Both the position numbers and the translations under genes were made by a program. From positions 145,948,001 to 146,012,000 of the forward strand of contig OX597817.1 in the NCBI GenBank assembly GCA_951406725.2: DNA of 64,000 nt, read 5' to 3'. The DNA comes from Octopus vulgaris. Its lineage: Eukaryota. The notes below the pieces were generated by a model. That model searched no databases. It was not told the DNA's origin and worked only from the letters and a program-made list of their open reading frames with translations. Below are positions 13,321 to 24,992 of the stretch, one piece after another (positions within the stretch are counted from its first letter, which is position 1; every line of letters starts with the position of its first letter).

Positions 13321-15999
13321 CCAAGTATCTTGCAAGTCAAAACCCCCTTAACTGGGAGTGAGAAGTAGTATTGAGTGGTTGTGGCTTTGTACTAGTTGAG
13401 AGAAAAATATGCATTCCTACTAGGTCTGTTTCATCAGTGCTGAGGCTACATAAAAACATACTGCAAAATATATTTTGTAAACCATAATGTAATGAAATGC
13501 ACATTGAACAAATAAATCATCACCAGTTGCAGCTTTCTTGCATTTAAAAACATATGCCACATTCTACATTAACATGTAAAGTAAATGAATTTATTATTGT
13601 TGAAAGCATCTGTCTTTAGAGAATGAGAATTCCTAATTCTCAAGAGGTCGGAAGTCTTAATTCTACAGAATATAGGCAACATAGACCACCCCCTAAAAAA
13701 ACTATAAAACCATGAGCTTCCTAGATGTATATCAGATCAAGATTTTTGTTAATTATCATCACCTTTAAAATTGACTATTTCAATTAACTCCACTTGGAAA
13801 ATATCAAAAAAACATTTAGATCAGTTGTGCTCATGATGTTGCTAGGAGATTCTTCAGAATATGTTTGTCTTTAGACTTATTTGGTTTATATTAGCTAGCA
13901 ATAAAAAAAAAGATATATTTACAAAAAAACCTGGTGCTGATCTGATCAAAACTCAAGCTGCTTATTTAGCAAACCACCTTTAATATTCTGTCTCAATTTC
14001 TACCAAATATTGGTGTTTAATATTCCAGGAGGAAAAAAAACAAAAGTTACTACAGTCTTAAATTTTGAGTTTTTGGTCATTTCAGCAATTAAAGACCTAA
14101 CAGAAACAAACACCAACCCAGCTATAACATTTAAAATAAAAAAATATTTTTCAAGTGTAAATATTCAATTTCCAAAAACATATTTTTTTCTCTCATCATG
14201 AAGTAGGCACAGCTGTGTGGTTAAAAGGCTTGCTTTGCAACCATGTACTTTCATTGCACAACACCTTGGGCAAGTGTCTTCTATTGTAGCCTTAGGCTGA
14301 CCAATGCATTGTGATTGAATTTGGTCCAATGAAAAACTTAGCATGCAACTAGGAGTCCATCAGGGTTTAGATTTCAACCAACTGTTGTTTATTATAGTTC
14401 TCCAGGAATTTAAGACAGAAACCATGGTAACTCCTCCATAAAAATAACCTATTCTCATAGTTGAATTTGTCAAGGGTTTAGAGACGTAATTCTAAAACTT
14501 TGACAGAAAACTAACCATAAAAACACTTCAAAGTAAATCTAGCAAAGACAGACGTTTTGATTAGTTGAAGGTCAGTTTTCTCATGGCCAGTTATATGTAA
14601 CTCATCATCATCGTTTAACGTCCGCTTTCCATGTTAGCATGGGTTGGACGATTTGACTGAGGACTGGCGAACCAGATGGCTGCACCAGGCACCAATCTGA
14701 TCTGGCAGAGTTTCTACAGCTGGATGCCCTTCCTAACCCTAACCATTCCGAGAGTGTAGTGGGTGCTTTTACATGCCACTGGCACGAGGGCCAGTCAGGC
14801 AGTACTAGCAACAGCCACACTCAAATGGTGTTTTTTATGTGCCACCTGCACAGGAGCCAGTCCAGCGGCACTGGCAACAACCTCGCTCAAATCTTTTTTC
14901 ATGTGCCACCAGCACAAGTACTAATAAGGTGACACAAAATAACTGCAGAATTCCTATGGGTACTGCTGGTTTTCTTTTATTAATATCAGTTATATATGTG
15001 TCCAGGACAGTGAGGAATCTTCAGCAGCTTCACTGGTGCTGTGACAAAAATTTACCCAATTGTAAGATATTGTGAGAGAATCTTTTAGTCTTGACAAGGG
15101 TATGACAACCTCTGTAATGTGGGTGCAACAACGAAATGCATCTAGTACACTCTGTAAAATGATTGGTGGGTATCTAGCTGTAGAAAGCATGTAACATTAA
15201 AACAATACATGATTTCTGATCTGCCTTAGAGGATCATAACTCCAAAATGAGAACAAACTCTGACTGTAACAACCCATCAGACTCATGCTAGCAGACATGA
15301 TGAGGATGATGACAACGATGATTATGATGATCTCAGTACGAAAGATTAAATCTTTCAAGGTGGTAGCCCAGCATGGTCATAAATCAATGACTGAGACCAG
15401 TAAAAGAAGAAATGAATATCAAATAATGATGTATCTGTATTGAGAGTACCTCATAGCAAGATGATGACAAGTCACAGAAGATTTTAAACATTTGGAAATG
15501 ATTAATTCAAGTGGTTCATTAATGGCTTTGTATTAATAATTCAAGTTGTTGATCTTTTATTAAACTGACGATGAGTTGAAGAGATTCCTGAAGCTGGCAG
15601 AGACACTCTGGAAATTTGGAATATTAAAAAACTATAACAGGAAGAGTCAAAACTATTGAAAAGGTTGCAAAACACAACGAAAATTTTAGGAAAATAAAAA
15701 TAAGAAAAAAAGTGGAAATTTTACCAGTGTGTGTGTTACATTATAAGGCACAAAAAGAAAATGACTCTCCCCAGACACAACAGAATATGTTTACAAAAGC
15801 AATTAGCAATAATAACATCTCAGTCTGGACATTTCTAATCCAACAAAACACTTCAAGAATTGACCCAAGTATAATTCAAACCAATAAGTCAAGACAAAAA
15901 GTAAACCTGCTTCAGATATAAGTTTCTTTGCACACACACACACACACAAACATTTCTGTGAAAATTATCAACAAGCTCATAAAATATAAATGCACTTAC

Positions 16000-16080
16000 C
16001 AAATTTTTTAGAAGTTCACAGCCTAAACCTCCAGCACCAACAATAAGTATACGGAAGGTTTCTTGTAGGAAAATTAATGT
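16000..16080 (-). CDS. UBA3: UBA3 coding exon (81 nt): TLIFLQETFRILIVGAGGLGCELLKNL
   Basis: TTTCAG|ACA ... TTG|GTAAGT. Carries the ATP-binding glycine loop GAGGLGCELLKNL of E1 enzymes. Confidence 0.96.
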
Positions 16081-16789
16081 CTGAAAGAGTAAAATTGATG
16101 AAAAAACAGAATTTATTATAGAAATAAATCACAAATAAAGCTTGGAATTTAATCTTTCAATGTTCTTGCACTTGTGGCCATGGTTATTGCTAAGTTCAAA
16201 CCAGTGATTTAAAATTGTCTACTTTAGAAACTATTTAGCAATTGGTGCTTTTATTCTATTTTATTTATTTTTTCACTTTTATTCACCTCTTTTATGTTTC
16301 TGTCAGTCATGTGAGCTTACGTACCCATTCATTCAGCTGGGTCCTCTGGGCCACTTCCCTTCTGTTCACCTCCCTATAACTTAGGGGTACACCGTGAAAC
16401 CTCTTCACTAACTTCTTTCCTTTTCCAATGGGGTAGCCATTATTTCTTCTACAGCAAGACACCTGTTTCTGTCACTCTATCATACTCTAAACTCATCACC
16501 TAGCATAAAGCCATCTCCCACAATGCCTCGGTTGAGTGGTGGTGGTGGTGGGGGGGTGTCTTGCCTTGCAAGTTACTTGGTGATGTAGTGTCAGTGAATG
16601 TAAAAAACACCCAGTACATTCTGTGAAGTGGTTGGTGTTAGGAAGGGAATTCAACCACAGAAACCACGCCAAAGCAGACATTGGAGCTTGGCACAGTCCT
16701 CTGACTCAACGACTCCTGTCAAACTGTTCAACCTATGGCACCATGGAAGATGGACATTAAACATATAAATACAGATAGTAATTTTACCT

Positions 16790-17009
16790 TGTCCTCATTC
16801 TTAGTGCAAGTTTTGAAGGGTGAAGTTCAATTTTAACAGTTATTTTTCCAAAGCTATAATGGAAGTAACAAAGGAGCATATTTGGCATATTTTGCTTCGA
16901 GTTCAATAAAGGCAACAACGCAGACTAATGCAGATAGTTTATCCCATCCCTTTCCGACATTTAGTTCATACAATTGGAAAAAATGCATTATTTATGGGAT
17001 GACCCAATA
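16790..17009 (+). mobile_element. Internally deleted mariner transposon remnant
   Basis: ATG at 16859 gives MEVTKEHIWHILL..FNKGNNA (mariner transposase N-terminal HTH start, frameshifted). It is joined directly to a TIR-like end TTATTTATGGGATGACCCAA followed by TATA. Confidence 0.75.
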
Positions 17010-18517
17010 TATATATGATGATGAGCTTTCAGTTTCCATCTAATAAACCCACTCACAAAGCTTTGGTCAGCCTGGGGCTATAGTAGAGGATACTTGCACA
17101 AAGTGCCATGCAGTGGGACTCAACCTGGAACCAAGCTTCTTACCACACAGCAACACCTGCACTTATGAGAATAACAATAATCTTTTCTACTCTAGGCACA
17201 AGGCCCGAAATTTTTGGGGAGGGAGCCAGTTGATTAGATCCACCCCAATATACAACTGGTACTTAATTTATCGACCCCAAAAGGATGCAAGGCAAAGAAA
17301 ACCTCAGCAGAATTTGAACTCAGAACGTAAAGACAGACAAAATACCACTAAGTATTTTACCCGGCGTGCTAACGTTTCTGCCAGCTCACTACCTTTAAAA
17401 CAACAACAACAACAATAATAATAAGTTCTTAACTAAATGAATGTCTGTTATTGTGACGAAGGATTAAGAACAGCATACAGTGCCAAAAAAAAAAAAACTC
17501 CAAAATAATCTTAGATTAACACTTTTGCTTTCTAAAAATTACTTCAAAAGATCAATGAAATTTAATGCTCTTTTATTCTGATAGACTTTTCAGCAGTCTG
17601 TCAACAATGGGATGATTGATGAGTTCTTTAGCAAAATAATTAACTTCTTTAGATATTCTTTGTTTTTGGTGGGGTTTTTTTTCCTCTCTTTTTTTTTCTT
17701 TCTGAAGGAGTGGAGCATTAGTTTAAAACTTAATTTGCTTGCAGTCTGGAATTCAGCTAATCTCTAAACTGATGGTCTGGACTCTGAACGATTTAAGCTG
17801 AGAAAAATCCTCGTAAAAATACAAGGAAACTATTACCTTGACGTAATTGCGTGTGACGTGAGTGTCTGTGTATCATTATCATCATCATAACACTGACTTT
17901 ACCATGCTTGCAGAGGTCAGACAGATTTCAGTTGAGGCAGATTTTCTTACAACCAGATGCTTCTCCTGTCACCAACCTTCACCAATTTCCAAGCAAGGAC
18001 AATAAGGATCCAGTTGCTCCAATGGAGATTTGAAACAGGATTCCATCCTCAATTTGTTGAGAGTATATCTATTAATCTGTGAAGGTATGTGGGTTAGTGG
18101 TCAGGGTGCTGCACTTATGATTCCTGGACTGGGCATGTGTGGAATTTTTGAGCAAAACATTTCATTTCATGTTGCTCCAGTCCACTCAGCTGTAAATGAC
18201 TAACCCTGTGGCAGACTAGCCTTCTAATCAGGAATGTTGGCTTGCATGCCTAGCCAGCAGGGTAGCATCCTTCTAAATCAATAATGATGCAAAGTGTACT
18301 GTGACCAGTGATGTGTAACAACATCTGATAGCCTGGTTGATCGATCACGTGACACCTACTAATCTACAACATATGTTGATTTTCCTAGCAATTTTTTCTT
18401 GATTGTCTACATTAGGCGAAAAAGAATTTCTTTTAAAAAACAAAAACTTGCATTAAATGAATTTTTAAAACAACAAAAAAAATAATACAAAGTAAAAACA
18501 AACAACACAGTACTAAC

Positions 18518-18614
18518 CTCTGGACTTGGTTCAAAGTCAGAATGAGTGAATGGTCCAGATCTTTCTAGAATTTTTTTGAGATGACTCCATCGATCCCCCC
18601 ATTCAGACTCCATT
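18518..18614 (-). CDS. UBA3: UBA3 coding exon (97 nt): [32 protein letters not shown]
   Basis: TTTTAG|A ATG ... GAG|GTTAGT. Matches the UBA3-specific N-terminal [28 protein letters not shown]. Confidence 0.95.
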
Positions 18615-19251
18615 CTAAAAGATAGAGAAACATTGTTGAATTCAACACACACACACATATATGTGTATATATATATAGAGAGAGAGACACAATATGCACT
18701 TGAATACAACACATACATACACACTTGAAGACGACACACATGCATACACACACATATGCTCATGCTCACACACACACAAAATAAAGAAAAAATACAAGGT
18801 GATTTTGAAGGAAAACAAAGTACAATATTGGACAATATGAAGTTGAGGCAGCAAATCTGATGAAGATGAAACCAATTCTAAGTTCGCAAATGTTCTGTGG
18901 AATATCAGTGATTAGATGATAGCAGCTAACAGACTAAAATGAAGCTTTAATAGCAAAATGACATGTTTGCATGGAAAGTTTGTTTCTACATTAGGCATGA
19001 GGCCAATTTTTGCAAACAAGCGGAAGCAATAAAAAAAAAATTAAAACAAACAAAAAAAAAGGTCTCTATGAGTCACACAAGTTCATAGATAAGTTCTGTT
19101 TAACTATGGAGCTAGTAGTGCTAAACAAGTAAAGGAATAATCTCTTATTGGACAGCATGTAAATATTTACAAGATTCCTAGATTTGATTCTAATATCCAA
19201 CAGATCAAAAAACTGGAGTGTCACATAAAAGAACACAAAAAATACTTGTAA

Positions 19252-20217
19252 TCATCAACATCATCATCATCGTTTAGCATCCGTTTTCCATGCTAGCATG
19301 GGTTGGACGGTTCAACTGGGGTCTGTGAAGCCGGAAGGCTTCATCAGGCCCAGTCAGATCTGGCAGTGTTTCTACGGCTGGATGCCCTTCCTAACGCCAA
19401 CCACTCCGTGAGTGTAGTGGGTGCTTTTTACGTGCCACCCGCACAGGTGCCAGACAGAGCTGGCAAATGGCCACGAACGGATGGTGCTTTTATGTGCCCA
19501 GGCGAGGCTGACAACGGACACAAACGAATGGTGCTTTTTTACATGCCACCGGCATGAGGCCAGTCGGGGCGGCGCTGGCAATGGTTACGAACGGATGGTT
19601 CTCTTACATGCCACCGGCACTGGTAACTCATCTGCAATTTCCATTGATCGATTTCGATTCTGATCCTCACTTGCCTCAACAGGTCTTCACAAGTAGAGTT
19701 TTGTGTCCCAAGAAGGAAGGTATGCATACATAGGCTGGCTCCATCCCATGTAGAAGGCCACGGGTTATGGTCTCACTTGTCCTGCTGGGTCTTCTCGCGC
19801 ACAGCACACTTCCAGAGGTCTCGGTCTCTAGTCATTTCCTCAGTGAGACCTAAAGTTTGAAGGTCATGCTTCACCACCTTGTCCCAGGTTCTCCTGGGTC
19901 TGCCTCTTCCACAGGTTCCCTCAACCGCTAGGGTGTGGCACTTTTTCACACAACTATCTTCATCCATTCTCACCACATGCCCATACCAGCGCAAACGTCT
20001 CTCTTGCATACCACAACTGATGCTTCTTAGGTCCAGCTTTTCTCTCAAGGTACTTACACTCTGCCGAGTATGAGTACTGACATTACACATCCATCGGAGC
20101 ATACTGGCTTCATTTCTTGCGAGCTTACACATATCCTCAGCAGTCACGGCCCATGTTTCACTGCCATGTAGCATGGCTGTTCGTACACACGCATCATACA
20201 GTCTGCCTTTTACTCTG
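19252..20217 (-). mobile_element. 5'-truncated RTE-clade LINE (C-terminal ORF + 3'UTR + (GAT)n tail)
   Basis: ORF 19773-20174 reads MLHGSETWAVT...MLRWMCNV...RRLRWYGHVVRM...GRGRPRRTW...DRDLWK, the typical RTE C-terminus. This segment of the frame is intact. Confidence 0.92.
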
Positions 20218-21665
20218 TAAACTCTTGTAATGAATAATAAAAAAAAACTGGTGGGGAGCCTCTGTGTCAGGGCTTCTCAAACTGGACAGTAGTGCCTCCT
20301 GGGTGTGAGAGGAGGATGAGTTTGTTTACATCCTTGCAACTTAGCAGTTTGGGAAAAAAAAAAGGGGACCAATAGAAAAAGTACTAGAATTAAAAAATAA
20401 GTTCTGAGGTTGATTTGATCAACCAAAATTCTTCAAGACAACACTCCAGCATGGCCTGGAGTCCAATGGCTGAGACAAGCAAACTATTAAAAGAATCTAT
20501 TTTATTGGCCCAGGAAGGCTGAAAGACAAGGTTGACACAGCAAGGTACCAGTCTCAATACTCAAACACACCAAATACAGCTCTCTACAGCCTCTGCTATT
20601 TTGCACAGCTCTTAACTAGCATAATACAATTTTGGTGCATAAAGATTAAAATCTGCTGGATTAAGTTACAGCCCTTGAAACTGTGATGAAGAGAAACAGA
20701 GTGCGAGTGTGTGTGGTAATATGACTATATGCGCTAATACAATTTGTGTGTGTGTGTGGCTATATGTACTAGCACAGTCGTGAGTATAGCAACAACTATA
20801 TGTATACTAGTGTATGTAATGGAATCTCCTGTCACAGACGGTGTACAAGTGTTCAGTTTTTTGTTGAGCGACCTGCATAACTGATTCGTTTATAATGATC
20901 AAATGTATGTGCTGTATGTCAGCTCATTCATCATCATCATCATCATCATCGTTTAACATCCGGTTTCCATGCTAGCATGGGTTGGATGGTTCGACCGGGA
21001 TCTGGGAAGCCAGGAGGCTGCACCAGGCTCCAGTCTGATTTGGCAGTGTTTCGACAGCTGGATGCCCTTCCTAACGACAACCACTCCGTGAGTGTAGTGG
21101 GTGCTTTTTACGTGCCCCCTCCATCAAATCGTCATTGCCTGTGCAGGTGCAGAAGTGTGCCATGTGTCAGATGTCGAAATGATTGCAGCACAACACACTG
21201 CCTGATCCAGGAACTGAACTCACAATCTAGCAATTGTGAGTGCAACACCGTAACCACTAGGCCGTGCACCTTCACAAGTGTATGTATGTGTGTATTAACG
21301 TGATTAGATACTAGTATAGTGTGTGTATGAGCGTAGTGTGTGACTATATATACTAGTTAAGTGTGTATGTTTGTAGTAATGTGTCTATAAGTACTAGCGT
21401 AGTGCAAGTGTAGTGTGACTAAATGTACATGTGTGTAAACTTAATTCAAAACTTTTAAAGTATCATATACATTATGTATTTATACTTTAACATATTTACA
21501 TATATTTTTAGACATATTTATATTTTTAATACAACAATTATTTTACACACGTATATATCTTTCTGAAGAATTTTCTAATATTGATTTCCTGATATTAATA
21601 ATGATATATTATAAAAAAAATAAATCGACTTGAGTGTAGTAATGTGACAATATATTAGCAGTGTT

Positions 21666-22113
21666 AGGCGGTGAGCTGGCAGAAACATTAGCACACCAGG
21701 CAAAATGCTTAGTGATATTTTGTCTGTCTTTATGTTCTGAGTTCAAATTCTGCTGAGGTCAACTTTGCCTTTCATTCTTTCGGGGGGTCCATAAATTAAG
21801 TACCAGTTGTGTACTGGGGTCAATCTAATCAACAGGTCCCCTCCCCCAAAATTCAGGTCCTTGTGCCTAGAGTAGAAAAGAATATCTATGCATGCCAAGG
21901 CGGCAAGCTGGCAGAATTGCTAGCACGTTGGGCGAAATGCTTAGCAGCATTTCTTCTGTCTTTAAGTTTTGAGTTCAAATTCTACCAAGGTCAACTTTGC
22001 CTTGCATCCTTTTGGGGTCGATAAATTAAGTACAAGTTGTGCACTGGGGTCGATATAATCAACTGGCGCCCACCCCAAAAATTTCGGGCCTTGTGCCTAG
22101 AGTAGAAAAGAAT
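21666..22113 (+). mobile_element. Two adjacent copies of tRNA-derived SINE family B (GGCGGTGAGCTGGCAG... head)
   Basis: A-box-like head, B-box GAGTTCAAATTC, tail GTAGAAAAGAAT. Other copies near 1010-1218(+), 10845-11242(-), 17180-17395(-), 26003-26222(+), 27330-27650(-), 39198-39422(+) and 59045-59277(-). Confidence 0.85.
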
Positions 22114-23099
22114 ATACTAGCTGTGTGTGTGTGTGTGTGTGTGTAATATGTGACTGTATGTAGTAACATAGTATGCATCATCACCATCATCATCATTTAA
22201 CGTTTGCTTTCCATGCTAGCATGGGTTGGATGATTTGACTGAGGACTGGCAAACCAGATGGCTGCACCAGGCTCCAATCTGATCTGGCAGAGTTTCTACA
22301 GCTGGATGCCCTTCCTAACGCCAACCACTCTGAGAGTGTAGTGGGTGCTTTTAAGTGCCACCAGAACGAGGGCCAGTCAGGCAGTACTAGCAACGGCCAC
22401 ACTCAAATGGTGTTTTTTACGTACCACCTGCACAGCAGACAGTCCAGCAACACTGGCAACGACCTCGCTCAAATGTTTTGTTCACGTGCCACTGACACAA
22501 GTGCCAGTAAGGTGACACTGGTAATGATCCTGCTCAAATGGTGCTTTTTATGTGCCACCGGCACGGAAGCCAGACAGCTGCTCTGGCAGAGATCCCACTT
22601 AGATGGAGCTGTTAGCGCTCCAGTGGCACAGGTGCCAGTCATTGAATTTGGTTCCATTTCGATTTCACTTGCCTCAACAGGTCTTCGCAAGCAGAATATG
22701 AGAATGCGTAGTAAAGCATAGCGTGAGTGTGTGTGCACAATATTGTGTACAAACATAGTGTGCATGTATGTGTAGTAATGTGGCTATACATTCTAGTATA
22801 GTATGTGTGTGTGTGTAGTTGTAATAGTAATGTGTCTATACAGACAACCATTGAATATTCTAGATCACATGAATGACAACACTTGACTAAAATAGTAGCA
22901 GTGGGATCCTACTCATGAAGGTGTTTGTTTTCACTCACTTGAGATAATCTAACACTAGGGAAGTTAATTGTCAGCCATCAATTGATGTCAAACAACTGAA
23001 AAATAAATATTCAAAGCTTGAAAAACAATATCTGTCATCTTGTAATGAATGGCAATGGATCTAACAATGTATTGTTTCAGAAGGGAGTAAATTTAGCAA

Positions 23100-23322
23100 T
23101 GAGAAGAGAAAGGAGGTATGGAGGGGGTGAAGGAAAGAGTTGGAGAGGGTGGAGAGTGAGGAGAAAGGGAGTGAGAGGAGGTGCAAGGAGGGAGTGAGAT
23201 AGGGAAGAGAGGAGGGAGTAAGAGAGGGGAGAGTAAAGAGTGAAAGAGAGGAGAGAGGAAGGAGTGAGAGAGAGAGGAGTGAGGGAGAGGAGGGAGTGAG
23301 AGGGGAGAGAGGAGAGAAGGGG
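23100..23322 (+). repeat. Purine-rich (GA/GGA) low-complexity tract
   Basis: About 220 bp of nearly pure A/G on the plus strand. Confidence 0.9.
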
Positions 23323-23910
23323 CTTCGACATGGCCATCTTCCCATCACAACTGGAGCAACAGGGATGGTAAGTGCCCCAATGGAATAACCCTCTCCCCAT
23401 ATGAAGGAGGTAAATTCTTAATCTGGGGTGCCATGTGCTGTCACGTTCTCCACCTTTAACTTTGCTGCATTGCCATTCCCCATGGCAATGCCTTTGCTAT
23501 TATGTCTGCAGGGTACAGCTCAACAGATCGAGCACTTCTTTTGTTGCTTCATTCATTTTGTCCTTTTCTTTGTTTCCTTTGGGGAATTTTGAGGTTGCTG
23601 TTTTGGTGGTTAATTTCTATTTTTCTACAATGAAAGATTGTCTTAATATTTCTTTTATTGCTACAAGCATGATGGTGAAGTAACACTAGCTTTTAAAGCA
23701 AAAAGCAGTCACTGTAATATATTCTATTAACATTAAATGCTACTTAATGTCAGGTGGCTTTCAATTTTAAAATAAACAATATGAATACAATTAACCTCAA
23801 TGAATGAACACATGTGGTGTTGGGAGATTTGAAGTTCACTTTGCAGCTGTATGGATTCAATTTACATCAATACATCAACGAATTTATAAACCCTTTATAA
23901 ACTTCATGAC

Positions 23911-24992
23911 ACATGTGTACGAACAGCCAGGCTACATGGCAGTGAAACACGGGCCGTGACTGCTGAGGACATGCGTAAACTCGCATGGAATGAAGCCAGT
24001 ATGCTCTGATAGATGTGTAATGTCAGTATGCATACTTGACAGAGTATAAGTACCTTGAGAGAAAAGTTGGACCTAAAAAGCATCAGTTGTGGTGTGCAAG
24101 AGAGACGATTGCGCTGGTATGGTCATGTGGTGAGAATGGATGAGGATAGCTGTGTGAAAAAGTGTCACACCCTAGTGGTTGAGGGAACCTGTGAAAGAGG
24201 TAGACCCAGGAAGACCTAGGATGAGGTGGAGAAGTACAACCTTCGAACATTAGGCCTCACCGAGGCAATGACTAGTGACCGAGACCTTTGGAAATATGCT
24301 GTGCGTGACAAGACCCGCCAAGACAAGTGAGACCATAACCCATGGCCTTTACCAGGGGTGTAGCCAGCCCACTTATGCATACTTCTCCTTCTTTGGACAC
24401 AAAATTCTGCTTGTGAAGACCTGTTGAGGCAAGTGAAATCAAAATCGAAGCACACTCGACGACTGGCACCCATGCCAACCTTCCTTCATTGGACACTAAA
24501 CTCTGTTGCGAAGACCTGCTGGGGCAAGTGAAATTGAAATTGAACCAAATTCATTGACTGGCACCCGTGCCAGTGGAGCATCTAACATCTAACAGCTGTC
24601 TGGTTTCCGTGCTGGTGGCACGTAAAAAGCACCATTTGAGTGTGAACATTATCAGCATCACCTTACTGGCACTTGTGCCAGTGGCACGTGAACAAAACAT
24701 TCAAGCAAGGTCATTGCCAGTGCCGCTGGACTGACTCCTGTGCAGGTGGAACGTAAAAAACATCATTTGAGCGTGGCCGTTGCCAGTGCAGCCTGACTGG
24801 CCCTCGTGCTGGTGGCATGTAAAAGCACCCACTACACTCTCAGAGTGGTTGGCATTAGGAAGGGCATCCAGCTGTAGAAACTCTGCCAGATCAGATTGGA
24901 GCCTGGTGCAGCCATCTGGTTCACCAGTCCTCAGTCAGATTGTCCAACCCATGCTAGCATGGGAAGCAGATGTTAAATGATGATGATGATGA
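23911..24992 (+). mobile_element. 5'-truncated RTE-clade LINE, decayed
   Basis: Homologous to 19773-20217 with in-frame stops, plus the full 3'UTR and (GAT)n tail. Confidence 0.9.

Noticed and set aside
12870-13351. ORFs with 7-aa repeats (ALGAFYV, WHWVLFM), and CRISPR-like periodicity of the array
   Set aside because: These are translations of a 21-bp minisatellite. The units are contiguous with no unique spacers, and the DNA is eukaryotic with no cas genes.
18407-18835. 142-aa ORF as a single-exon gene
   Set aside because: Only 18518-18614 is the UBA3 exon. The flanks are intronic microsatellite and T-rich sequence.
18855-18875. CTGATGA...GAAAC hammerhead-like strings (also near 26895 and 52318-52345)
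   Set aside because: No stem II or stem I pairing, so these are chance matches.
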